DNA of 60,337 nt, counting the filler. It is 7 parts of 7 records of this genome, joined end to end, with 100 filler letters (N's around TTAATTAATTAA, not from the genome) between each part and the next. Parts side by side here need not be neighbours in the genome. Positions count along the whole stretch, not along the records: positions 42,061 to 60,337 come from SRR31147125_11356; 6 more parts are not named here. One strand, given 5' to 3'. The notes beneath the pieces are model-generated. The model was not told the origin of the DNA, did not search any database, and saw only the letters and a list, made by a program, of their open reading frames with translations. A program made the translations under genes and the position numbers. Positions 44,207 through 55,010 of this stretch are shown here, one piece after another; the stretch's first letter is position 1; the number at the start of each line of letters is the position of its first letter.

Positions 44207-45067
44207 ATGATGCGTTCATTATACTCAGGCGTTACAGGTCTGCGTAATCATCAAACAAGAATGGATGTTATAGGTAATAATATAGCAAACGTAAATACAG
44301 TCGGTTATAAAGCTAGCAGGGTTGTGTTTCAAGATATATATTCACAAACATTATCACCGGCTGCAGCGCCAGATGCTGGTGGTGGCACGGGTGGTACAAA
44401 CCCAATGCAAGTTGGTTTAGGTGTGTCGCTTTCTACAATAGATGTTCTTCATACTAAGAGTGCGGCTCAATACACTGGCTCTGACCTTGATTTATCAATT
44501 GAGGGTGACGGATATTTTACCGTTAGCAATGGAGCAGAAGAATATGTAACACGTGCTGGTAACTTCTATACAGATTCAGACAACAACTTAGTTACATCTA
44601 GTGGATATATGGTTCAGGGGTTTGACGTTAATACTGACGGTGAATACCTTGATGCTGGTGGTGCGGTAGTTGCAGACCCAACGGTAAGGGAAAACATCAC
44701 TATTCCAGCAAACTACTATAATGTTTCAATCAATGAAACTGGTCAAGTTGTTGGTATAGACGAAGTATCAGGCGATACAGAAGTAATATCTCAGTTGGTC
44801 ATATCAACTTTTGACAACCAAAATGCGTTAGAAAAAGTTGGTTCTAATATGTATATTGAAACTGTAAACTCTGGTGCAGCCGATTATGAAGTTCCGGGTC
44901 AAGGGGGAGCAGGAACAATAAACCCTGGTACATTGGAAATGTCTAATGTAGATTTGGCTAACGAATTTACTGACATGATTGTTACTCAAAGGGGTTTTCA
45001 GGCAAACTCAAGAATAATTACAACTACAGACTCAATGCTAGAAGAGCTTGTTAATATCAAGCGATAG
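44207..45067 (+). CDS. flgE: Short flagellar hook protein
   Basis: MMRSLYSGV..GNNIANVNT, TRAGNF, LEMSNVDLA. Confidence 0.9.
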   Translation: MMRSLYSGVTGLRNHQTRMDVIGNNIANVNTVGYKASRVVFQDIYSQTLSPAAAPDAGGGTGGTNPMQVGLGVSLSTIDVLHTKSAAQYTGSDLDLSIEGDGYFTVSNGAEEYVTRAGNFYTDSDNNLVTSSGYMVQGFDVNTDGEYLDAGGAVVADPTVRENITIPANYYNVSINETGQVVGIDEVSGDTEVISQLVISTFDNQNALEKVGSNMYIETVNSGAADYEVPGQGGAGTINPGTLEMSNVDLANEFTDMIVTQRGFQANSRIITTTDSMLEELVNIKR

Positions 45068-45089
45068 ACAAAAACTTTTTTAAACATTT

Positions 45090-45148
45090 AAAGGCATGAG
45101 TTGATTTAAGCAAAATCGGTTGATATGCTTATTTCAATTCATGCTTTT
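45090..45148 (+). terminator. Long hairpin after flgE
   Basis: GCATGAGTTGA..TAAGCA / TGCTTA..TCAATTCATGC followed by TTTT. Confidence 0.6.
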
Positions 45149-45275
45149 ATGCTATATAATGTATGTAGTGAAATTGGTGAAAATATACAATATAACCCAA
45201 ATAGTATAGTCAATAGAACATTTATGCTATAAAAAAACTTTATTGATATATGCGGTTATATGAAAGGGGTTTACT

Positions 45276-45497
45276 ATGATTAAACTAACGCACTTATCAT
45301 CTAAGTCCAATGAGTTTGTTTTAAACTGTGATTTAATTGAACAAATTGAGGAAGTTCCCGATACATTGATTACACTTACAAACGGTAGGAAAATGATTGT
45401 TGTCGAATCATCTGATGATGTAATAGATAAAATTATTGAATACAGAAGCAAGATCATGATTCAGTATAAAAAAGGAATAGAGCTTGAGGTTGATTAG
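45276..45497 (+). CDS. flbD: FlbD/SwrD family protein
   Basis: LNCDLIEQIEEVPDTLITLTNG. Confidence 0.92.
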   Translation: MIKLTHLSSKSNEFVLNCDLIEQIEEVPDTLITLTNGRKMIVVESSDDVIDKIIEYRSKIMIQYKKGIELEVD

Positions 45498-45713
45498 TTG
45501 ATAGTTGAGATTGTAAGTATTCGCCAAAATTTGAGTGCAATTTCAATTTTATTGTGATATAATATGAATTAATATTAACGAAAGTATTTAGTTAATGTAA
45601 TTTTATGTATTATATTGTAATATTGATAGATGCTTTTTATCTTTCATATTATATATTTGTTTAACTCAAATTAAAAACATGTCAATAGATTGATTTTTAC
45701 AGGGTGGTTGAAA

Positions 45714-46115
45714 ATGAGCAAAAAATTAATAATAATTATTGTTTTAGCTGTTGTTTTAATTGGTGCAGGAGTAGGTGCATATTTTTATTTTACAGCCGAA
45801 AAAGTTGTAGAAGAGGTTGTGGATTTTTATGTGCCTGGTGAATACTTTATTACCAATGCAAAAGATAGTGAATTTCTTTTGAAAACCACAGTAATCTTAG
45901 AAGTTAACAGAGACGATGTTCAAGAAGAACTAGCGTTTAATAATGCCATCATTAGAGATACAATTGTTTTTATACTCAGAGATAAGACGATTGAAGAGCT
46001 GAAAACATCAGATATACAAGATCAGCTAAGAAGTGAAATAAAAAAAGAATTAATAGCAAAGCTTGAAATTGATTACTTGACAGATGTTTATTTTTCTGAT
46101 TTTATTGTTCAATAA
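45714..46115 (+). CDS. fliL: Basal-body associated protein
   Basis: N-terminal TM, FITN, IRDTI, VYFSDFIVQ. Confidence 0.9.
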   Translation: MSKKLIIIIVLAVVLIGAGVGAYFYFTAEKVVEEVVDFYVPGEYFITNAKDSEFLLKTTVILEVNRDDVQEELAFNNAIIRDTIVFILRDKTIEELKTSDIQDQLRSEIKKELIAKLEIDYLTDVYFSDFIVQ

Positions 46116-46161
46116 GGTAAGGTTTATAAATTAAGTGATGTCAAGTTTGTAGGAGAAAAAA

Positions 46162-47151
46162 TTGGCAGATGGAGTATTATCACAAAAGGAAATAGATGAG
46201 CTTTTATCCATGATGTCAACTGCTGATGATGAAGCGGGTGAACCGGCAGAGCAAAGCGAACAATCTCGGGTAAAGCTATATAATTTCAAAACGGCAAATA
46301 AATTTCCTAAAGAGCAGATTAGAACACTTAGTTTAATATACGAAAATTACGCAACAAGGTTGTCACTTTACTTATCTAATAAACTAAGGGCTATGTGCAA
46401 TGTAGAGCTAGAATCTATAGAGGAAGTTTCGTTTGGTGAATTTGTAAATTCTATCCCTCCTCCTGTCTTACTATCTGTAGTAACTATTAGTCCGCTAAAA
46501 GGATCAATTTTGTATAAAATCTCATCGGGTGTTGCGTATGAGATTGTTGCAAGGTTACTTGGTGGAGATGGCGACAGCGACGATATAAATAAATCGTATA
46601 CTGAAATTGAACTATCTATGTTAGATAGGTCGACAAGAGAAATGGTTCAATTAATGGATGAATCATGGAAAAAAGTTGTCGAAGTAAAATCTAGATTGGT
46701 GAGCATGGAAACCAGCTCACAGTTTGTTCAAATTGTAGAATCAAATGAGCCTACAGTTATTGTTACCTTGAAGGTGAAGATAGGCAATACTGAAAGCTTT
46801 ATTAATATATGCATACCACATCCTGCAGTGCAGCCGATAAAGCATAAGCTTGCGATGAAGAAGTGGTATTCTGGAAATGAAGTTATTGAAAGTTCTAAAG
46901 AGGAAAAAGAACGAATCAATAATGTGCTAAATAGTACTAAGCTGACATTGCATGCTGTTTTTCAACCTACGGAAGCTACCGTTAAAGAAGTGGTTACGCT
47001 CAATGAAGGCGACGTTATTAAGATTAATCATTTTGTTGACACACCTTTGATAATTAATATAGAACACATACCAAAAATAAGATGTATGATGGGAACAAAG
47101 GGGTCAAATTATGCTATGAAAGTATGCGGTATAATTAGAGAGGATGACTAG
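46162..47151 (+). CDS. fliM: Motor switch protein
   Basis: LSQKEIDELL, YNFK..KF.KEQIR. Confidence 0.95.
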   Translation: MADGVLSQKEIDELLSMMSTADDEAGEPAEQSEQSRVKLYNFKTANKFPKEQIRTLSLIYENYATRLSLYLSNKLRAMCNVELESIEEVSFGEFVNSIPPPVLLSVVTISPLKGSILYKISSGVAYEIVARLLGGDGDSDDINKSYTEIELSMLDRSTREMVQLMDESWKKVVEVKSRLVSMETSSQFVQIVESNEPTVIVTLKVKIGNTESFINICIPHPAVQPIKHKLAMKKWYSGNEVIESSKEEKERINNVLNSTKLTLHAVFQPTEATVKEVVTLNEGDVIKINHFVDTPLIINIEHIPKIRCMMGTKGSNYAMKVCGIIREDD

Positions 47152-48286
47152 CATGAGCGAAGATATGAACAATACCACACAAAACGAATCTTTAGTAAAT
47201 GGGTTATTGGATAACGAATTGGACACACTGACAGATGCCGAAAAGGACACGTTAGGTGAGGTTGGCAATATATGCATGGGAAGATGTGCAACCACACTAT
47301 ATTCTTTGCTTGGCAAGAGGGTTAATATTACAACTCCACGTGTCAGCGTTGATTATACTCAAAATCATATTAAAGACTACAACAAGCCGTTTTTATGCGC
47401 AAAGGTTTCCTATACTGAAGGAATTGGCGGATACAATATATTCATATTAAAGCAGGATGATGCAATAGTAATTACTGACCTTCTTATGGGTGGAACTGGT
47501 ACTGTTGCTGAAGGCGCTGTGCTTGATGAGCTTGCTTTTAGCGCAATCTCAGAAGTTATGAATCAGATGATTGGATCATCATCAACTTCTTTGGCTGAAT
47601 TCCTTGGTAGAACTATAAATATTTCTGTACCAGAAGTAGATAAGTATGATGCTGGCGATGGTAAACGTTTTGATTTTGCTGACGATGATGTAACTGTAAT
47701 GATTAGCTTTACGATGGAAATCGAAGACCTTATGGTTACGCAGATTATGCAGATTATACCTATTAATGTTGCAAAGCAAATATTAGACAAGCTATTGTAC
47801 ACTGCAGATAGCAATATGAACAAAGAGGAAGCTCCTCAGCCGAAAGAGGAAGCTGTAGTTGAAAGTATCCCAGAACAGGAAGTTGCACCTGCTAAAGAGC
47901 CAACACGTAAGGATGTGCAACCCCAAGTAGTTGAGCCTGCAGTAGTTGAGCAACCACAAGTAAAGGTAAGTGAACCTAAGTATCAAAGTTTTGATAATGG
48001 AAACAGCCAAAGTCATGCAGAATCTACTCCAATTACTTTTGGAAGCAACATGGACTTGGTTATGGAAGTGCCTTTAGAAGTAACTGTTGAGCTTGGAACA
48101 TGCAAAAAAAGCATACGTGAGATTTTGGGTTTATCAGTAGGGTCGATTATTGTTTTAGATAAATTAGTGGGTGAAATGGTTGAGGTAAAGGCTAATGGTA
48201 GAATATTTGCTGTTGGTGAAGTAGTTGTTATTGAAGATAGTTATGGGGTAAGGCTAACAGAAATTTTTAATGATGGAAAGAAATAG
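47144..48286 (+). CDS. fliY: Motor switch phosphatase FliY
   Basis: Two CheC-like motifs (EVGNI, EVMNQ) and C-terminal FliN domain. Confidence 0.92.
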   Translation: MTSMSEDMNNTTQNESLVNGLLDNELDTLTDAEKDTLGEVGNICMGRCATTLYSLLGKRVNITTPRVSVDYTQNHIKDYNKPFLCAKVSYTEGIGGYNIFILKQDDAIVITDLLMGGTGTVAEGAVLDELAFSAISEVMNQMIGSSSTSLAEFLGRTINISVPEVDKYDAGDGKRFDFADDDVTVMISFTMEIEDLMVTQIMQIIPINVAKQILDKLLYTADSNMNKEEAPQPKEEAVVESIPEQEVAPAKEPTRKDVQPQVVEPAVVEQPQVKVSEPKYQSFDNGNSQSHAESTPITFGSNMDLVMEVPLEVTVELGTCKKSIREILGLSVGSIIVLDKLVGEMVEVKANGRIFAVGEVVVIEDSYGVRLTEIFNDGKK

Positions 48287-48334
48287 AGTTGGATGTTGTT
48301 TGTAATAATATAATAAGTTTTTGAGGGAAATCCT

Positions 48335-49135
48335 ATGTTCACTGATAAATGCTTTAGGCAATATAAGAATTACATATATGCTGAAACAGGTATAAATATT
48401 CTTCCAGCAAAAAAGAGTATGTTACAACTTAAAATTGATAAAGTTTTAAGAAAATGCAATATGAATTCGTATGATGATTATTATTCTTTGCTCACAGCAA
48501 CTAAGGATGAAGAGTTTAGAGAGGCTTTCTTTAATACTATAACAACAAATACAACGGAATTTTTTCGAGAAAATGCACATTTTGAATACATAAAAAATAA
48601 TATAGAAAACATATTAGTGCGTATTCCAAGAATACGAGAAAACGGCGAAATTCGAGTTTGGTGTGCTGCTAGTTCTTCTGGGCAAGAGCCAGTAACGCTT
48701 GCTATGGTATTAAAAGAATGTTTGGGCGAAGATATACAAGTTAAAATTTTAGCGACTGATATCAGCACAAAGGTGCTGAAAAATGCTATGAGTGGTGTTT
48801 ATAGTGATAAGCAATGTGAAGGAATGCCTATATTTTATTTGAAAAAGTACTTTGAAAAAAATGGAGATAAATATAAAGTATGTGATGAAATATTAAGTTG
48901 TATTAATTATAGATATTTTAATTTAATGAATGCCTATAACTCAAAGTATGGATTTGATATCATAATGTGTCGAAATGTAATGATATATTTTGATAATGAG
49001 GTTCAGGAACAGTTGATTAACAGATTTTATAAAAACTTGGTACCAGAGGGATTGTTGTTTATTGGCTTATCTGAAAGTTTAATCAATAAAAGTCATGATT
49101 ACATATATTTGTCACCATCGATTTATAAGAAATAA
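48335..49135 (+). CDS. cheR: Chemotaxis methyltransferase
   Basis: TTNTTEFFRE, WCAASSSGQEP, ATDIS, CRNVMIYF. Confidence 0.95.
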   Translation: MFTDKCFRQYKNYIYAETGINILPAKKSMLQLKIDKVLRKCNMNSYDDYYSLLTATKDEEFREAFFNTITTNTTEFFRENAHFEYIKNNIENILVRIPRIRENGEIRVWCAASSSGQEPVTLAMVLKECLGEDIQVKILATDISTKVLKNAMSGVYSDKQCEGMPIFYLKKYFEKNGDKYKVCDEILSCINYRYFNLMNAYNSKYGFDIIMCRNVMIYFDNEVQEQLINRFYKNLVPEGLLFIGLSESLINKSHDYIYLSPSIYKK

Positions 49136-49173
49136 TTATAATAGACTTTAGTAGTAGTTAATGAGGTGCGAAA

Positions 49174-51723
49174 ATGGATGATATTTTAAAAAGCTATATT
49201 GAAGACCTAAGAGACAACCTGCTTGTCTTTAACGAATCGTTAATGAGACTTGAAAACGATGAAGTAGATGACGACGTAATAAACGGTGTGTTTAGGGTTG
49301 CTCATACCATAAAGGGCAATTCTGCTGCAATGGAGTTCTCCAAAGTAGAAAAAGTAATGCATACCATGGAAGATATTCTTTTTGAAGTGAGAGAAGGAAC
49401 CCGAGAGCTCAAGCAGGAAATTGTTGATGTTATGTTTAGATGCCATGATTTTCTTGAGGACTTTTTAGAAGTCCTGTTAGACGATGGCGATGACAAAACT
49501 ATGGATACAGATTCGCTAATGAAGACTTTAAATATGTTAAAGGATCCTGAAAGTAGCGATAATAAATCTCTTGAGAAAAAAGATGCTTCAGGTGGTTCAA
49601 AGGATGGAGAATATTTACTTGAAGGTCTCACGCAGGAACTACTTGATTTAATTAAAAATATAGAGATAGGTTTATTAGTAAACCATATTACAATTGAGCT
49701 AAGCAAGAATGTGATGATGAAATCTATCAGAGCATTTATGCTATTCCAGAAAATCGAAACTTTTGCTAACATAATTTATTCAACGCCTAAGATGCCAACA
49801 GAGGATGAATTTAGAAGTGGAGATTTTGAATTTGAGGAAGATACACTAGAAATTATCGTGTTGAGTGATCAACAAATTGATAGCCACGTAAATGAACTAT
49901 CAAACGAAGCTGATGTTGTACATGTTGAAATAAAGCCATTGATGGTTGATGATTTGATGAACAGTTTGAAAATAGATGACAGCGAAGTAATTGTTAGAAC
50001 TGTTAAAGAAATCGAGATAAGTGTATTAGGATTTCAACAAAACGACAATAATGAAGAGATTGTAGAGAAAACTTTAAAAAGCCTTGGTAAAATTTCAAAG
50101 ACTATTGATCCAAGATTTAAACTTTTACGTGCAATAACAGAACGTATAGAAGAAGTTTTTAAATATATTTCTTTAGACAGCAAAATATTTACAGCAGATG
50201 TTGTATCTAGGATAGCGAAAATCATGCAGGATATGAAGATAGCTTCTTATCTTGATGAACAAGCTATGATAGACAAAAAAACGATTGAAAACGCAGAGCA
50301 AAATATATTTGAATTTGAAAGTATTTTCTTTGGCAAAGGAGAAAAGACTGGTGAAATTCTAGAAAAAAGAGGCTTGCTTCAAAAAGAAGAGATTGAAGAA
50401 ATTGTTAAGTATCAGGAAGATCATGCGACGGATTTGAAATTTGGACAGATCGCTGTTCAAGAAGGTAAGGTTTCTGCTGTTGAAGTTGCGGATGTACTTA
50501 AAGAACAATCGCAAAAGACTAAAAAGGCAGTAGTTAAGAAGAGTGATGCTAGTACTCAGATAAGAGTACCAGTTGTAAAAATTGAAAACTTAATGGACAC
50601 GCTGGGTGAATTGGTTATTTTAAGCGCACAATTAGAAGAGCAAATGGGCGATGATAACAGTTCTAATGGTTCTAATAGTAAAGCTTTAAATACTGTATCA
50701 AGAATGTCTAAGATCGTTAGAAGTGTACAAGACATATCTATGTCACTAAGATTGATTAAAATAAAGGATACACTATTTAGGCTAACAAGAGTCATTCGCG
50801 ATACTGCTTCGGAGCTTAATAAAAAGGTCAATATATCGGTTATTGGTGAAGATACAGAGCTTGATAGAAGTGCTGCTGAGAAAATGTTTGATCCTCTTAT
50901 GCATTTGGTCAGAAATGCAGTTTCTCATGGGATTGAATCTCCTGAGGAAAGAGTAAAGCGAGGCAAGCCCGAAAAAGGAACTATCACTATAGAATCGTAT
51001 AGTAAAAGAGGATATGTTTATGTTGAGGTTTCTGACGATGGAAAAGGTATTGATCCTGATAAGATATTGAAAAAAGCTATAGAAAAAGGATTTGCTGATC
51101 CTGATGTTGAGTACTCTGAGTTTGAAATTATAAACTTTATTATGAAACCTGGTTTTTCAATGCAAAAGGAAGTAAACAATATAGCCGGCAGAGGCGTTGG
51201 TATGAATGTTGTTGAAGCTGAAATTGGCAGGCTTGGTGGTAAAGTTGAAGTTCAAAGTAAGCTTGGTAAAGGAAGTACTTTTGTATTAAGGATTCCTATG
51301 AATTTGGCGCTGATAAATGGAACAATTGTTTCAGTTGCAGATGAAAAATATATTGTGCCAACAATATTTATTCAACAATTCCATACTCAAGGTCATGAAA
51401 ATTGGCTAAGTATGCAAGGCGAGAAAAGAGCGATTAAGATTAGGGATAGAATACTTCCTTTAATTACTCCAGAGCAAGTTTTGGGTTATGAGTCTAACGA
51501 AGATAACAGAAATAGAGATACAATAGTAGTTTTAGACATGGACAACAAGCTTATAGCTATGCCGGTTGATAGTATAGTTGGACGAAGAGAATTTGTTTCT
51601 AAGCCGCTAGATCAGGATATTACTATTGATAGTGTGCTTACAGGGGCTTCTATTCTGGGCGATGGAAAAGTATCGTTGATTTTGGATGTTGAGGCAATAT
51701 TTAAATCATTCGAGATACAGTGA
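49174..51723 (+). CDS. cheA: Chemotaxis histidine kinase with extra internal domains
   Basis: HTIKG HPt, P2, HLVRNAVSHG, GRGVGM, CheW-like P5. Confidence 0.96.
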   Translation: MDDILKSYIEDLRDNLLVFNESLMRLENDEVDDDVINGVFRVAHTIKGNSAAMEFSKVEKVMHTMEDILFEVREGTRELKQEIVDVMFRCHDFLEDFLEVLLDDGDDKTMDTDSLMKTLNMLKDPESSDNKSLEKKDASGGSKDGEYLLEGLTQELLDLIKNIEIGLLVNHITIELSKNVMMKSIRAFMLFQKIETFANIIYSTPKMPTEDEFRSGDFEFEEDTLEIIVLSDQQIDSHVNELSNEADVVHVEIKPLMVDDLMNSLKIDDSEVIVRTVKEIEISVLGFQQNDNNEEIVEKTLKSLGKISKTIDPRFKLLRAITERIEEVFKYISLDSKIFTADVVSRIAKIMQDMKIASYLDEQAMIDKKTIENAEQNIFEFESIFFGKGEKTGEILEKRGLLQKEEIEEIVKYQEDHATDLKFGQIAVQEGKVSAVEVADVLKEQSQKTKKAVVKKSDASTQIRVPVVKIENLMDTLGELVILSAQLEEQMGDDNSSNGSNSKALNTVSRMSKIVRSVQDISMSLRLIKIKDTLFRLTRVIRDTASELNKKVNISVIGEDTELDRSAAEKMFDPLMHLVRNAVSHGIESPEERVKRGKPEKGTITIESYSKRGYVYVEVSDDGKGIDPDKILKKAIEKGFADPDVEYSEFEIINFIMKPGFSMQKEVNNIAGRGVGMNVVEAEIGRLGGKVEVQSKLGKGSTFVLRIPMNLALINGTIVSVADEKYIVPTIFIQQFHTQGHENWLSMQGEKRAIKIRDRILPLITPEQVLGYESNEDNRNRDTIVVLDMDNKLIAMPVDSIVGRREFVSKPLDQDITIDSVLTGASILGDGKVSLILDVEAIFKSFEIQ

Positions 51724-51761
51724 TTTAAATGATAGTTGTATTAAAAATGTAAATTATAAGC

Positions 51762-52856
51762 ATGCTTATTATGACGGAAAATAGGAGAACTACTTTTGTG
51801 AAAAAAATGGATAAGATAAAAGTATTAATAGTAGACGATTCTAGCTTAGTTAGAAAGCTGCTTTCAAAAGCCGTTGAAAAAGAAAACGATATGTATGTAG
51901 TAGGGACTGCTAAAGACCCTTATGAAGCTAGAGATAGAATATTATCACTTAAGCCTAATGTGATTTTATTAGACATTGAAATGCCTAAAATGGACGGATT
52001 AACTTTTTTAAGAAAACTTATGAAAAGTTATCCTTGCAGAGTCATAATTGTTAGCTCTTTGGCTGAAAGAAATAGTAAAACCGCAATTACTGCTTTTGAA
52101 AATGGCGCGCTTGGTGTTGTGTCAAAACCTGGCTCGTCTTCATCGGTGCCGGAAGCTATGAATGACTTAATGGAAAAAATAAGAAACGCGGCAAATGTCC
52201 CTGACTCTAAATTGCAAGACCTTCAAGGTCGGATAAAGGGTGAACAATCGATAAAAGCGATTGATGGAAAAGATATTAGTAAATCTAACAAAATAATTGC
52301 TATTGGTGCCTCAACGGGGGGGACAAATGCTTTGCGGTACATACTAGAAAGATTGCCTAAAAATATGCCGCCTATTGTTATTGTTCAACATATGCCAAAG
52401 AATTTTACAAAATCTTTTGCCGAAAGATTAGATAGTCTTTGTCAACTTAAAATAAAAGAAGCAGAGGATGGCGAAGCCCTTACAAGCGGAAAAGTACTTA
52501 TTGCCCCTGGTGGTATTCACATGGAGGTGAAACGTGTAGGAAGTATGTGTTTTGCTAAATTGGTTGACGGTGAAAGTGTACACCATCAAAAACCCGCTGT
52601 TGATATTTTATTTGATTCTGTAGCAAAGCAGTTGGGCAAAAATGCTATTGGTGTTATACTAACTGGTATGGGCAGAGATGGTGCTGCTGGTATGGTTAAT
52701 ATGAAAGATGCGGGTGCATATAATATTGCTCAAGATGAGGAAAGTTGCGTTGTATTTGGTATGCCAAAAGAGGCAATTGCATACGGTGGAGTTGATAAAG
52801 TGTATAGTTTGGAAAATATACCATTAAAAATTGTTCAATTATTAAAAGGATATTGA
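51762..52856 (+). CDS. cheB: Chemotaxis methylesterase
   Basis: REC domain plus GASTGG, VQHM, TGMGRDG. Confidence 0.96.
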   Translation: MLIMTENRRTTFVKKMDKIKVLIVDDSSLVRKLLSKAVEKENDMYVVGTAKDPYEARDRILSLKPNVILLDIEMPKMDGLTFLRKLMKSYPCRVIIVSSLAERNSKTAITAFENGALGVVSKPGSSSSVPEAMNDLMEKIRNAANVPDSKLQDLQGRIKGEQSIKAIDGKDISKSNKIIAIGASTGGTNALRYILERLPKNMPPIVIVQHMPKNFTKSFAERLDSLCQLKIKEAEDGEALTSGKVLIAPGGIHMEVKRVGSMCFAKLVDGESVHHQKPAVDILFDSVAKQLGKNAIGVILTGMGRDGAAGMVNMKDAGAYNIAQDEESCVVFGMPKEAIAYGGVDKVYSLENIPLKIVQLLKGY

Positions 52857-52977
52857 TTTAAAGTATTGTAATAGTAAGCCTTTATGGTTTATAATTAGTT
52901 TTATAAAGAAAAAATACTTATGCGTTTGGTTTAACAATCAAAAACATTATTTAATTACACAAAGCTGGAGGTTATTT

Positions 52978-53331
52978 ATGAAAAAAGTCTTAATTGTTGA
53001 TGATGCTGCGTTTATGAGAGTCTTGATAAAGAATATACTTGTGAAGAATGGATTTGAGGTTGTTGGTGAAGCGGAAAACGGTGCTGATGGTTTTGCCAAG
53101 TATCAAGAATTGTCCCCTGACATCGTAACAATGGATATCACTATGCCGGAAATGGATGGACTTGCAAGCCTTAAAAAAATATTAGAGCATGATTCTAGCG
53201 CGAACGTTGTTATGGTTTCTGCAATGGGACAAGAAAGTATGGTTAGAGAAGCTGTAGTTTCTGGTGCTAAAGGCTTTATAGTTAAACCTTTTGAGGAAGA
53301 TAAAATTTTATCGACGCTTAACGGTATTTAA
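52978..53331 (+). CDS. cheY: Chemotaxis response regulator
   Basis: VDDAAFMR, MDITMP, VKPF. Confidence 0.95.
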   Translation: MKKVLIVDDAAFMRVLIKNILVKNGFEVVGEAENGADGFAKYQELSPDIVTMDITMPEMDGLASLKKILEHDSSANVVMVSAMGQESMVREAVVSGAKGFIVKPFEEDKILSTLNGI

Positions 53332-53801
53332 AAAACGGTTTAAAAAGCATGATCGTTTATGTTTGATATTATTTAATACTTGGATACTACTATTTGTTAT
53401 ACTTGTATATGGAATAAGTATACAAATTTCATTTTAAATATGGTTTTATATTTAAAAGATATAATAATAGTTGGTAGCTATCTAGACATATAATAATAGT
53501 GTTGTTTGTGTTTAGAAAAGTTTTTTCGAAGTTGAGTAAATTATTTAAATTTTCAAAAAATTAGCATTAAAGAATTGATAGAGCTAAAACATATAGCAGA
53601 ATATACGACAGAAGGTATATTCTGCTTATTTATAGTACTATTTTAGTAATGTATATTGATACAATATATGTAATAATGTTGGAAAAACATAGATAATATG
53701 ATACAATGAATAAGGTAAACATCATAAAATGGCGTGAAGTGTTATTATTTGTATTACCAAAATTATTATAATATATAAAAGATATTAATTATCTATTTGG
53801 G

Positions 53802-55010
53802 GTGGATTTTCTGTATGATGATAAAAAAATCATTGCTAAAGATATGCAGCAGGCGATGAGAACTATCGGCAAAGAGTTTGGTGATAATGCTGTTATTTTA
53901 AGTAAACGGAGCGTAGGCAAAAAAGGTTTATTTAAGTCCAATAAAAACAATGACGTTGAAGTTACAGTCGCTTATGACCCAGATAGAAAGAAGCGAATAT
54001 CAACTATTAAAACTGATATTGAGCCGATAAAAGAAGAAGAAAAAGAACCTGAAACCAAAAACATTGAAGAAAAACCGATAAAGGAAAAGTTTAGCGTTCC
54101 TAAAAAGGACGATTTTGATAAAGATAAAATAGAAGAAATGCGTATGAAAATGATGGAGCTAAATGAAAGCTTTAAAATATTTACGCAAAAAGCTAACACA
54201 AATGACAGGGAGCTAGATAGTGAAGTTTCCAAAGAATCTGCAGAAATTTTTGATACACTTGTTAATAATGGCGTAGACTTTCAAATAGCCAAGGACATAA
54301 TCGAAGATGTTGAAAATGCTTCCAAGGAAAGCGGAGAAGAAAAGGAAGTTATATTACAAGAAATTATGTTGGATATTTTAGGAGAACCTCAACCGATAAA
54401 ACTGAAAAAATACAAACGTACTATCGTTATTTTTGTAGGTCCTACCGGGGTAGGAAAGACAACTTCGTTGGTGAAATTAGCAGCTCATTTTTCTAATGAG
54501 ATGAACTTGAAGGTAGGCATAATTAACACGGATACATTCAGAGTTGCTGCGCAAGAACAGCTAAACATATATAGCGACATTTTAAATGTTCCATGTCATA
54601 TAGCATACAATGCTGCTGATATTGAACAAGGGCTAGAGAAACAAAATGATAGGGACTTAGTCTTTATTGATACGGCAGGTAAAAGCGTATTTGATGATGA
54701 GTATAAAAGAAACATTAATCAATATTTAGCCGCGGTTAACCCAGATGAAGTGTTTTTGACATTGCCGGTTACAAACGGATTTGATGTTTGTAAAAGTATA
54801 ATAAAAGAATCAGCATATCTTGGGGATTATAAGCTCTTGCTTACAAAGCTTGATGAAACAGAAGTTTTAGGCAACATTTTAAACATATCAAGTTTTGCAA
54901 GGAAAAAACTCAGCTACGTTACTATTGGACAACAGGTTCCTGATGATATAGAGATAGCTGATGTTGAAAGAATAACTTCTGAAATTGCAAAGCAAGGTGA
55001 TGAGATATGA
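53802..55010 (+). CDS. flhF: SRP-family flagellar GTPase
   Basis: GPTGVGKTT, DTFR, DTAG, TKLDE, GQQVPDD. Confidence 0.95.
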   Translation: MDFLYDDKKIIAKDMQQAMRTIGKEFGDNAVILSKRSVGKKGLFKSNKNNDVEVTVAYDPDRKKRISTIKTDIEPIKEEEKEPETKNIEEKPIKEKFSVPKKDDFDKDKIEEMRMKMMELNESFKIFTQKANTNDRELDSEVSKESAEIFDTLVNNGVDFQIAKDIIEDVENASKESGEEKEVILQEIMLDILGEPQPIKLKKYKRTIVIFVGPTGVGKTTSLVKLAAHFSNEMNLKVGIINTDTFRVAAQEQLNIYSDILNVPCHIAYNAADIEQGLEKQNDRDLVFIDTAGKSVFDDEYKRNINQYLAAVNPDEVFLTLPVTNGFDVCKSIIKESAYLGDYKLLLTKLDETEVLGNILNISSFARKKLSYVTIGQQVPDDIEIADVERITSEIAKQGDEI

